Positions 7,553 to 15,348 of a stretch of DNA of 26,970 nt are shown here, in pieces (positions within the stretch are counted from its first letter, which is position 1; each line of letters begins with the position of its first letter). The notes beneath the pieces are model-generated. The model was given only the letters and a program-made list of their open reading frames with translations. It ran no database searches and was not told the origin of the DNA. The stretch comes from a virus (lineage: Duplodnaviria; Caudoviricetes). The stretch is from positions 1 through 26,970 of IMG/VR virus record IMGVR_UViG_3300028610_000695; one strand, written 5' to 3'. The position numbers and the translations under genes were made by a program.

Positions 7553-8470
7553 ATGGCTAGACTAGGATTTACTAAAGAAGACGGATCAGGCGCTAGGGCT
7601 AAAGTTGATGCTCTCCTTAGTCTTTTTACATCAATAAAGGATTCTGTTTCAGGAAAGACCGTAGCGGTTAATAGTGCTAGACAATTATCTGTCGCTGACC
7701 CCCTCTTGGAAATATCAAGAGATAATGTAACAGGTCAATCGTCAGAGAATAAATTTGGTAGGAATATAGAGATTGATTCGGGCGTTACCGCCGATATATG
7801 GGACGGTGGACACACCGTAGCAAGTGGTGGTACTTCTCTTATCTGGGTAGCTCCTACGGCTGCTAGAATACATACCATAGCTTCTACAAGCGCCGCAGAC
7901 GATACAGGCAGTACAGGGGCAAACTCAATAATTGTATCTTATCTTCCCGATTGGGATACGGCGGAAACTACCGAGACTGTCACAGGAGATTTAAACGCAG
8001 GAATAGCAATGAACAACGCTGCAGTTATGATAAACAGGATGGAAGTTATAATTCAATCAACTTCTACCATTATAAACGCTGGCGTGATAACAGCCACGGC
8101 TGCAACAGACTCAACAGTAACAGCCATCATAAGGGTAGGCCAAGGGCAAACACAAATGGCTATATATGGAGTCCCTTCTATCCAGAAGTTAAAGATGGGT
8201 AGGTTTTACGCAAATGTGAATAAGGCTGTAGGTGCAGCAGGACTTTTAGATATAACTCTACTTGCAAATACCGCACCGGATACGAACACCGTGCCGTTCA
8301 TAACAAAACATACCTTTGGATTACAAACTGTCGGAACGTCAGCATTTACGATTCCTTACTACGGCCCAAAGAAGATAGATGGGCCATGTATCGTTAAGGT
8401 TCAGGCAGTCAGCGATACTAATGATATGGATGTGTCGGCAGGATTTGATTTTGTCGTAGTAGATAATTAA
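7553..8470 (+). CDS. Putative virion structural or decoration protein
   Basis: Beta-rich, Ala/Thr/Gly-rich; KFGRN..ID....DIWDGG and GQGQTQMAIY; C-terminal jelly-roll-like segment; directly after the portal. Confidence 0.6.
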   Translation: MARLGFTKEDGSGARAKVDALLSLFTSIKDSVSGKTVAVNSARQLSVADPLLEISRDNVTGQSSENKFGRNIEIDSGVTADIWDGGHTVASGGTSLIWVAPTAARIHTIASTSAADDTGSTGANSIIVSYLPDWDTAETTETVTGDLNAGIAMNNAAVMINRMEVIIQSTSTIINAGVITATAATDSTVTAIIRVGQGQTQMAIYGVPSIQKLKMGRFYANVNKAVGAAGLLDITLLANTAPDTNTVPFITKHTFGLQTVGTSAFTIPYYGPKKIDGPCIVKVQAVSDTNDMDVSAGFDFVVVDN

Positions 8471-8478
8471 GGAGAAAC

Positions 8479-8865
8479 ATGGCAATCGTAAATACATTAA
8501 AAGGAACAGCACAAGACTTTACTGCTTCATGGGTAGACTATGGGCCAGTAGTGAGCAGTGACGGATTTGATAATATGACAATCTGGATAGATATAGACAT
8601 AAACAATACTCAGGATGCTCGAATAAGAATATTAGCTATGCACATTAGCGGAGGCGATGAGTACGTTCATGCAATAGAGAAAACAACTCCGTCCGTAATA
8701 AATGTAGAAGACGAATATTTTGAGTTTACAACCGATGAAGATAAAAAACGAGTTCTCAAGATTGCGCTCGATGGTGTAATCCCTTGTGTGCAAGTTCAGA
8801 TACAGGCAGGGACGGTTGGCGCAACGGCTGGTCAAATATTAGATTCTAAATATATATTGCAATAA
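8479..8865 (+). CDS. Putative small beta-sandwich virion protein
   Basis: AAGGAG SD; alternating hydrophobic beta pattern. Confidence 0.55.
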   Translation: MAIVNTLKGTAQDFTASWVDYGPVVSSDGFDNMTIWIDIDINNTQDARIRILAMHISGGDEYVHAIEKTTPSVINVEDEYFEFTTDEDKKRVLKIALDGVIPCVQVQIQAGTVGATAGQILDSKYILQ

Positions 8866-8886
8866 TATAGACAACTAGGAGATTAG

Positions 8887-9183
8887 ATGAGTGACGGAGT
8901 ACCTAAGAGATTCGATATAGGTTTAAAAATAACTCTAGCGACTGGCATGAACTTAGCCGGTCAATCTGGCGTATTCATCAGGTTTAAAAAGCCTAGTGGT
9001 ACTGAGGGTCAATTTACCGCAACCATAGAAGACTCAGCGGTAGGGACCATCTCTTATACGACGACCTCTACATCAGACATAGACGAAGCAGGGGAATGGA
9101 TATTTGCATCTCATGTCACGTTCACAGGTGGAAATGATCTTGAGGGTAACTGTATAAATCAAAACGTCAAGGATAGGTTGTAG
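8887..9183 (+). CDS. Ig-like virion protein (BppU N-terminal-like)
   Basis: FIRFKKPSGT...GTISYTT...DIDEAGEW...VTF pattern typical of BppU_N-like adaptor domains; AGGAG SD. Confidence 0.6.
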   Translation: MSDGVPKRFDIGLKITLATGMNLAGQSGVFIRFKKPSGTEGQFTATIEDSAVGTISYTTTSTSDIDEAGEWIFASHVTFTGGNDLEGNCINQNVKDRL

Positions 9184-9194
9184 GAGGTGAGATT

Positions 9195-9638
9195 ATGAAA
9201 GATAGATTAGATGAATTCTTAGGAATGGATGGGATTCTTGAAGTCACCGTTCTGAATCGTAAAGGAACTAAGTCTCATTCTGTAATGAAGAATACTATCG
9301 TAACCGCTGGCAAGAATTGGGAAGCTGCTTATCTAGGTGATTCGCCTCCTGCTAATATGGGATGGATAGCCGTAGGAACGGGAACCACCGCAGCGGACGT
9401 AGCAGACACCGCATTAGAAACGGAACTAGATAGGAATACAGCGACTAGGGCGGTAGCTTTGAATGTAATCAGCTATTCAGGACTGTTTACCGCAGGAGAA
9501 GCGACGGGAGCTATTACAGAGTATGGCTTACTAAATGCTTCATCGGGTGGAACTATGTTTAGTAGAAGCGTTCAGTCAGTTAAAAACGTAGGTGCATCAG
9601 ATAGCCTTCAGGTTGTTTGGCATCAGACGAAGGGATAG
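9195..9638 (+). CDS. Tail-collar/fibre-base-like structural protein
   Basis: NTIVTAGK...IAVGTGTTA...DTALETE...GAITEYGLLNASSGGTMFSR...DSLQVVW; AGGAGGT SD. Confidence 0.75.
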   Translation: MKDRLDEFLGMDGILEVTVLNRKGTKSHSVMKNTIVTAGKNWEAAYLGDSPPANMGWIAVGTGTTAADVADTALETELDRNTATRAVALNVISYSGLFTAGEATGAITEYGLLNASSGGTMFSRSVQSVKNVGASDSLQVVWHQTKG

Positions 9639-9646
9639 GTAATAAG

Positions 9647-9922
9647 ATGGCTGATGAATTAAAAATTAAATATCCATTATCAGGATATACTACTTTAGAA
9701 TCTAAATACGGTTTTGCTATAGCTTGCCGAGAGAAATTAAGACTAGAACATAATGCAAGGGGTGCAAAATATAAAGCAGGAACTATGACCAGAGAAGAAT
9801 GGTCTAGTTATCTTGTAAACGAGTTTAATCCTAAAATGGCAAAGATATCAGAGGATGAGCCGAATCTTTTAGAACAGATAAGGGCTAAGTATATGCCTGA
9901 TGTGGATACGAAAGAAATCTAA
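9647..9922 (+). CDS. Hypothetical helical protein (possible fibre chaperone)
   Basis: AGGT SD, ATG at 9647; charged helical sequence between structural genes. Confidence 0.55.
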   Translation: MADELKIKYPLSGYTTLESKYGFAIACREKLRLEHNARGAKYKAGTMTREEWSSYLVNEFNPKMAKISEDEPNLLEQIRAKYMPDVDTKEI

Positions 9923-10953
9923 TGGTACTGGAAAATTTTACAACCTATAACGAAGTAGATGGTGACGGTGATTTTACTATTACATCGTCAAAAATTGATG
10001 TAGTTACTATGGACAGAGGAGCGGTCAGTTACGTCAGTAAAGACTTTGGCGCTAGTCATTTCGGTGATTTTGAGCATCTCTTTGAGTTTTTTGCTAATTC
10101 ATCAAGTGGTGACAACTGTCATTGTTGGGTAGGCGTTCAAGATACCGTAGGGACGGTTGAGGATTGGGTAAATGGGCTATCTTTTCTTTATACTCAATCC
10201 ACTGGAGGCTTTGCGGACTTTTTCGCTTACAGGACAGTATCAGGAACAGATACAGCAGGCACTAGCGTTCGCCTTAGTAGAGACACTTTATACTATGGTA
10301 AATCCGTTAGGTCAAGCGGTACTATCACACATTCATTTTATACTGACTCAGACAGAACATCTTTAGCTGGTTCATGTTCACAAACAGGTGGACCGACAGG
10401 AGGATTAAGGTATTACGAGCCAATAGTTTCCAGAGAAGTTAATGGAGGCTCTTTATTATTCACGGGTTTTATACAGAACGTAGATTTGCAGGATGTAGCA
10501 GCAATCATATTCAATCAAGAGATAAACGAAACGCTTACGATTAGTGAGTTGTTTGGCACGATACCTACGTCGCTATTTAACGAAACTACTACTCTGTCAG
10601 AAACTCTTAAGATAATAGCTACGACCCTATTAGATGAGAGCACCACGTTAAGTGAAGAACTAATAACTAAGATGACAACCCTATTCGCTGAGACCTTATC
10701 TTTATCTGAGCTGCTAGATACTATCATTCCAGGAGAGGTGCAAGTAACGCTAAGTCAAGAAATAAACGAAGCTATTGCCTTAACTGAAAGTCTCATTACT
10801 TCTATCATATCTGTATTTTCAGAGACACTTGCACTTTCTGAGGTTCTTGAATCAGTCATTACTTCAACCCAGGCTTTGTTTTTTAAGAACGTTAGACTTA
10901 ATTCCCATATAGCTAAAGAGATAACTCTTAATAGCCATCTAGTAGGCCACTGA
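9922..10953 (+). CDS. Putative fibre protein: lectin-like N-domain, Ser/Thr-rich 18-aa repeats, C-terminal LNSH motifs
   Basis: Beta-sandwich-like first ~190 aa; six ExxxLSE-type repeats; ends VRLNSHIAKEITLNSHLVGH. Confidence 0.65.
   Translation: MVLENFTTYNEVDGDGDFTITSSKIDVVTMDRGAVSYVSKDFGASHFGDFEHLFEFFANSSSGDNCHCWVGVQDTVGTVEDWVNGLSFLYTQSTGGFADFFAYRTVSGTDTAGTSVRLSRDTLYYGKSVRSSGTITHSFYTDSDRTSLAGSCSQTGGPTGGLRYYEPIVSREVNGGSLLFTGFIQNVDLQDVAAIIFNQEINETLTISELFGTIPTSLFNETTTLSETLKIIATTLLDESTTLSEELITKMTTLFAETLSLSELLDTIIPGEVQVTLSQEINEAIALTESLITSIISVFSETLALSEVLESVITSTQALFFKNVRLNSHIAKEITLNSHLVGH
10515..10850 (+). repeat. Degenerate coding tandem repeat, ~54-bp (18-aa) period
   Basis: NETLTISE, NETTTLSE, DESTTLSE, AETLSLSE, NEAIALTE, SETLALSE; TCAAGARATAAACGAA at 10515 and 10755. 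Confidence 0.8.
10897..10932 (+). repeat. Dispersed direct repeat, copy 1 (shared with 15258-15284)
   Basis: CTTAATTCCCATATAGC (10897-10913) equals 15268-15284; AGAGATAACTCTTAAT (10917-10932) equals 15258-15273. Confidence 0.85.
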
Positions 10954-11759
10954 TGAGTGTTATCCAAACAGACTTGAAACTTTATAAGTGCACTAGTATT
11001 CCTACAGATGATTCTAGCATAGCAGGAGGAGCAATTACAGGAACTGAAGTTACTGCTCTTGGTGACCTATTTCCTTCTCTAGATGCTACTGCAAATGCTG
11101 ACGGGGGTGCTGATAAAAATTACTATGCTAAGGTCTTCTATAAGAATGATAATGCTGACACCGACCTAACAAGTTCCAAGGTTTACATTAAGAACGCTTT
11201 AGATGACCCCTCAGGAGCTACGGTAATAACAATAGTTTCAGACAGTGCTAGCGATGACGGAACTAAGCAAGTCGCTATCTATGGTGAAGATGGCTCTAAT
11301 AACGCCCTAGTCGAGAGAATAGCACTAGATGGGACTACGCCTGTAGTCGGTTCTACCTCATTTACTAAAGTATGGCGTGTTCAATTAGAATTACTTAATC
11401 AAAGGAATACATTGACGACCGCAGCGGGGCAGATAGACGTTAAGGAAAGCTCTACAATTTTGGGTAGCATGTCAATTGGAGATAGTTGGGCTACGGCAGA
11501 AATACAAATAGGCTTAGAAGCCTTGCTTGATGACACCAATACGACAACAAACAGATTGACAGCCCCAGGAGGAATTAGCTTTACTCGACCCAATAGCTTA
11601 GCAGAGGGCTTAGACGTTGCTAATTCAGGTGCTTTGTCTTTTGGTCACGAGCAAGGGATATGGATAAAAATGATTGTATCCAGCGGTATCGGTACGCTCC
11701 CAACCGCAGGAGAGATATTTGACATTGTTTTAAACGGCGTGTCTGGCGGTGGTGCTTAA
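10953..11759 (+). CDS. Putative virion structural protein
   Basis: DLKLYK...GGAITGTEV..LGDLFP...YYAKVFYKN and C-terminal GIWIK resemble phage tail/baseplate-associated proteins; translationally coupled. Confidence 0.65.
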   Translation: MSVIQTDLKLYKCTSIPTDDSSIAGGAITGTEVTALGDLFPSLDATANADGGADKNYYAKVFYKNDNADTDLTSSKVYIKNALDDPSGATVITIVSDSASDDGTKQVAIYGEDGSNNALVERIALDGTTPVVGSTSFTKVWRVQLELLNQRNTLTTAAGQIDVKESSTILGSMSIGDSWATAEIQIGLEALLDDTNTTTNRLTAPGGISFTRPNSLAEGLDVANSGALSFGHEQGIWIKMIVSSGIGTLPTAGEIFDIVLNGVSGGGA

Positions 11760-14413
11760 TGGCTTCCGCTATCTCCGAATTTGATAAAGAAAAGATAGGT
11801 ACTTTTGATACGACAATATCAGGCACGACAGTTTCAGGTACTTTATCAGAGTTTACAGTTCCCATAAGAATAAACTCAACAACATGGCCTACTTCCGCAG
11901 AGAGAGATAACTTTTTCGGGTCTTGGAACGTGAGCGGCATGATGTGTCAATTCTTTGACCCAAACAGATATAAAGAATTATCTTTTGAAGTCGAATACTT
12001 CGATGCTCCAAGCGAAACGGCTTTATACCACTTAAAACCTTTAGAAATAAAAGGTGATGTGGTCGCTAGTGGTTTTATCTTAGCTTACATGAACTCAGGA
12101 GGAACTAGCCCTAATCCTATTCAGGTAGATAATAAGAATGGTTCTTGGGATGAGCATTGCAGGATGGTTCAGCACCTTGGAGATAACTCATTTTCTGGAA
12201 GTACGGCTATAGACTCTACAGCAAGCGGTATGGATTTAACAGACAATGGAACTGCGGATATAGCAGGGATAGCTAGAAGAGGCAGAGAATTTGATGTATA
12301 TACTGATAATTTAATTACGTCAGCGCCAATAAGGTATGAAACAAATGGTTTTACTTTAGAAATGTTTTTAAATTTTGACGCTATGGGCAGCGATGATATG
12401 TATTTATTTTTTGCTGACGCTGGAGGAGCCACAGAAACTTATTCATTTAGAGTTTTGAACTCTGACAACAAGTTAATATTCTTTCTGCGTGATAGTGACA
12501 ATAATACAATATTCAGAAAGAGCAATGCTGTGTTAAGTGCTGGAATCACTTATCATGTTGCAGCTGTATTCGAAAGAAACCTTAGAACTTGTCATATATA
12601 TATAAATGGAGCTTTAGATGAGGATACAGTAACAAGCTCTCTAACAACACAAACAACAGCTGTAGTTAATCCCTTAGGAAATGTAAAGATAAGCAACACG
12701 CCGACATCCGTTGAAGGCAGGGGGATAGATGGCTGGGTTGATGAGATAAGAATTAGCGACACTCCGAGAACTCAACACTGGTTGAATTTAACTAATTACT
12801 CTTTTCGAAATGATGATTGGATAGAGTGGGGGGCAGAACAAACCCCAACTGAAGGGGGAGACCCTTTTTTAAAAGATGAGTATTGGGATGATTACAATAT
12901 TCAATCAAGAGACTCTAACCTTGCTATAAAAATAAAAGAGCCTACTAGCCGTACATTAACGCTAAGCCCAAGAGGGTCGGGCTTTCCCGATAAATACAGA
13001 GTTTCGTATAATGCTCCTATCAGGGAGGCTGATGGAAAGTTTAGATTATGGGTAAACGGCTCAGACAATCAAGAAACATTGCCAGGTGGATTAGGATATA
13101 GGGCTGTTCTTTACTTTGAGTCGGATGATGGAGAAATCTGGACAGCTCCCGATCTAAAAGCTGACGGCGATTATTTAGGTAGAACTAGAACTGAAGACAT
13201 GACATTTAATTCGTCAGCTAATAATAATATTGTTTGGCTCCCTACAGCTGAATCACCAAAGGGATTGAATAGACTTTATGTCACCAGAGATGATGATGAA
13301 GCCGACTCTGATAAAAGATATAAGATAATGATAGGTGGATTGCTTGTTTCTCATTCAGCTCAAAACTATTTTTCAGCTGATGGAATAAATTGGACTTTTG
13401 GCCCTGACAATCCTCAATATATAAACGGGGAACGACCAGACCCTAGTCCTGAGGGGACTGGAGAAGACTTCACAACGATAGCTAAGAATGAATTGACAGG
13501 TGAATGGGAAGCTTATAACCAACTTACACAAAGTCCTGACGATGGGAAAAGATATTGGGGTGCTGCCATATCCAAGGATGATTTTGATACGTTTCAAGTA
13601 ATAGACGACATACCTAATGACTTTGACGGGCATTCTCATGGCGGTTTATTTATTTATAGGAATGGAGTTAGGATATGGTTTACGGAAGATTGGCAGTTTA
13701 TTCCTGTTAACAACAGAACAGTTATAGGTGTAAAAGTTAAAAGCAGCAGGACTATGCACAACCTTAACTATATTGAAGATTTATATATACTTCCATTAGG
13801 TGACCCAGGAGATGGTGATGAAGGATTCATATTAGCTCCAGGCGGGTTAACTTTCAAGAATGAAACTAAAGAACACTGGCTTTACTATGGAGGCATGCCA
13901 GTAGACCAAACAGACGTGGGTTGGCCTACAACAATCGGCAAGGTGTTTATAGCTAAGTGGCCTGTTGATGGATTTACCCAATTAGAATTAACGAGCGGAA
14001 CTACGGCGACATTAGTTACAGAACCGATTGGTGATACATTAAGAGGGGATAAATCTTTATGGCTAAACTATACAGCTGGCGGGGGAGAGAATATAAAGGC
14101 GGAGTTGCTAGCTTTAGACGGAACGCCATTAACGAATTATACACTTGCGGACGCAGACGCTTTAACAGGTGAAGATTTTGACGCTGAAGTTACTTGGAAC
14201 GGATCACCCCTTATTAACTTAACTCAGAACTTTAAAATTAAGTTTTATTTCACGGGGGCTGGCGTTCAATTAAGGAGCAGAAACTTTAAAGATAGCGGTA
14301 CGGTGGAGCAATCAAAAGACGTTATATTTGATTATCAAGGAATAGTAGGCAGCGGAAAAGCCTTAATAGATGGGTTTCAATCCCCGTTAACAGAAAGTAT
14401 ACTGGTGAGATAA
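11759..14413 (+). CDS. Multidomain DUF2341-like / LamG / beta-propeller glycoside hydrolase-like virion protein
   Basis: LSFEVEYFD..ALYHLK (DUF2341-like); YHVAAVF..HIYING..GWVDEIRIS..R (LamG); Asp-boxes ESDDGEIW and SADGINW; WLYYGG and DGF, followed by a C-terminal beta-sandwich. Confidence 0.75.
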   Translation: MASAISEFDKEKIGTFDTTISGTTVSGTLSEFTVPIRINSTTWPTSAERDNFFGSWNVSGMMCQFFDPNRYKELSFEVEYFDAPSETALYHLKPLEIKGDVVASGFILAYMNSGGTSPNPIQVDNKNGSWDEHCRMVQHLGDNSFSGSTAIDSTASGMDLTDNGTADIAGIARRGREFDVYTDNLITSAPIRYETNGFTLEMFLNFDAMGSDDMYLFFADAGGATETYSFRVLNSDNKLIFFLRDSDNNTIFRKSNAVLSAGITYHVAAVFERNLRTCHIYINGALDEDTVTSSLTTQTTAVVNPLGNVKISNTPTSVEGRGIDGWVDEIRISDTPRTQHWLNLTNYSFRNDDWIEWGAEQTPTEGGDPFLKDEYWDDYNIQSRDSNLAIKIKEPTSRTLTLSPRGSGFPDKYRVSYNAPIREADGKFRLWVNGSDNQETLPGGLGYRAVLYFESDDGEIWTAPDLKADGDYLGRTRTEDMTFNSSANNNIVWLPTAESPKGLNRLYVTRDDDEADSDKRYKIMIGGLLVSHSAQNYFSADGINWTFGPDNPQYINGERPDPSPEGTGEDFTTIAKNELTGEWEAYNQLTQSPDDGKRYWGAAISKDDFDTFQVIDDIPNDFDGHSHGGLFIYRNGVRIWFTEDWQFIPVNNRTVIGVKVKSSRTMHNLNYIEDLYILPLGDPGDGDEGFILAPGGLTFKNETKEHWLYYGGMPVDQTDVGWPTTIGKVFIAKWPVDGFTQLELTSGTTATLVTEPIGDTLRGDKSLWLNYTAGGGENIKAELLALDGTPLTNYTLADADALTGEDFDAEVTWNGSPLINLTQNFKIKFYFTGAGVQLRSRNFKDSGTVEQSKDVIFDYQGIVGSGKALIDGFQSPLTESILVR

Positions 14414-15165
14414 TGAAAACATTGATACTAGATTTATACCCTACGAACATACCCTTCGTCATACAAACAACAGATGCAACGGGGGACAAGACTAATCCTA
14501 GTGCGGATAACTTAATTGTCTACGAAGAGGGAGGGGCAGATACTTCTTTTGACTCTACCGAGATAACAGGTTCGCCATTTGACCCCGCTCAAGTTAATTC
14601 TAAGACAGGTTTATGGGGTGTGATGATACCTAAGTCGGCTTTTACGTCAGGACGCTTTTATATCGCTCTGTGGGAAGTAACGGTAGATAGTGTAACGACT
14701 GCTAAGAAGGAAATATATTTTGCTGTTGACGCAGCAGACTTTAAAGCGACCGCAGCCCCGACCGCAGCCGCAAACGCTGATGCTGTATTAGATGAGTTAG
14801 TAACTGAACATCTTGTAACCGACTCGCTCAGTGTCGTACTTCAATCAGCCAATAACTTAGCAACTACAATATCAGGTTCGGTATATCAATTTCAAAAGAA
14901 TACGGCTAGAGCTGGATTTCCATTTCCAATACTGACCGCAGCCGGTGAGCTTGTAACAGGCGCAACGGTAGCAGTAGAACTTACTAAGGATGGGGCTGCT
15001 TTTGGTGCAGGCGATAACTCGATAAGCGAGATTAGCGATGGTTGGTATAGTTATGACTTCTCATCAGACGACGTAAACGCTAACAACATAGGATTTAAAG
15101 GAGTGCCGACAGGGGGAAGCGCAACTGGTATAGCAACGAACTTTACCATAGTAACGCAACCGTAG
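14413..15165 (+). CDS. Putative virion protein with two Ig-like domains
   Basis: Two beta-rich domains (TGLWGV..; TKDGAAF..ISEISDGWYSY) joined by an APTAAANADAVLDE linker typical of fibres. Confidence 0.6.
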   Translation: MKTLILDLYPTNIPFVIQTTDATGDKTNPSADNLIVYEEGGADTSFDSTEITGSPFDPAQVNSKTGLWGVMIPKSAFTSGRFYIALWEVTVDSVTTAKKEIYFAVDAADFKATAAPTAAANADAVLDELVTEHLVTDSLSVVLQSANNLATTISGSVYQFQKNTARAGFPFPILTAAGELVTGATVAVELTKDGAAFGAGDNSISEISDGWYSYDFSSDDVNANNIGFKGVPTGGSATGIATNFTIVTQP

Positions 15166-15348
15166 ATGTTTAATTGGGGATTGTTACAGAAATACATATC
15201 TAAGAGCGTAAATTTTTGGGGCGGTAGTCAAGCTGTGTCTGCTCCTGTTGTTATTGGAGAGATAACTCTTAATTCCCATATAGCAACGGCACTTAGCTTA
15301 AACTCTCATCTAGCAAAGGAGATATCACTTGTCAGTCACATTGATTGA
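15166..15348 (+). CDS. 60-aa protein whose C-terminal half is three LxSH repeats
   Basis: EITLNSHIAT / ALSLNSHLAK / EISLVSHID; same motif as the C-terminus of 9922-10953. Confidence 0.7.
   Translation: MFNWGLLQKYISKSVNFWGGSQAVSAPVVIGEITLNSHIATALSLNSHLAKEISLVSHID
15258..15284 (+). repeat. Dispersed direct repeat, copy 2
   Basis: Contains both the 16-bp and the 17-bp exact matches to 10897-10932. Confidence 0.85.

Noticed and set aside
9166-9212. KDRL at the end of one gene and the start of the next
   Set aside because: Four residues with different codons; compatible with chance.
10897-15284. Possible diversity-generating retroelement TR/VR pair
   Set aside because: The matches are only 16-17 bp and permuted, there is no long repeat with adenine-specific mismatches, and no reverse transcriptase is in the window.
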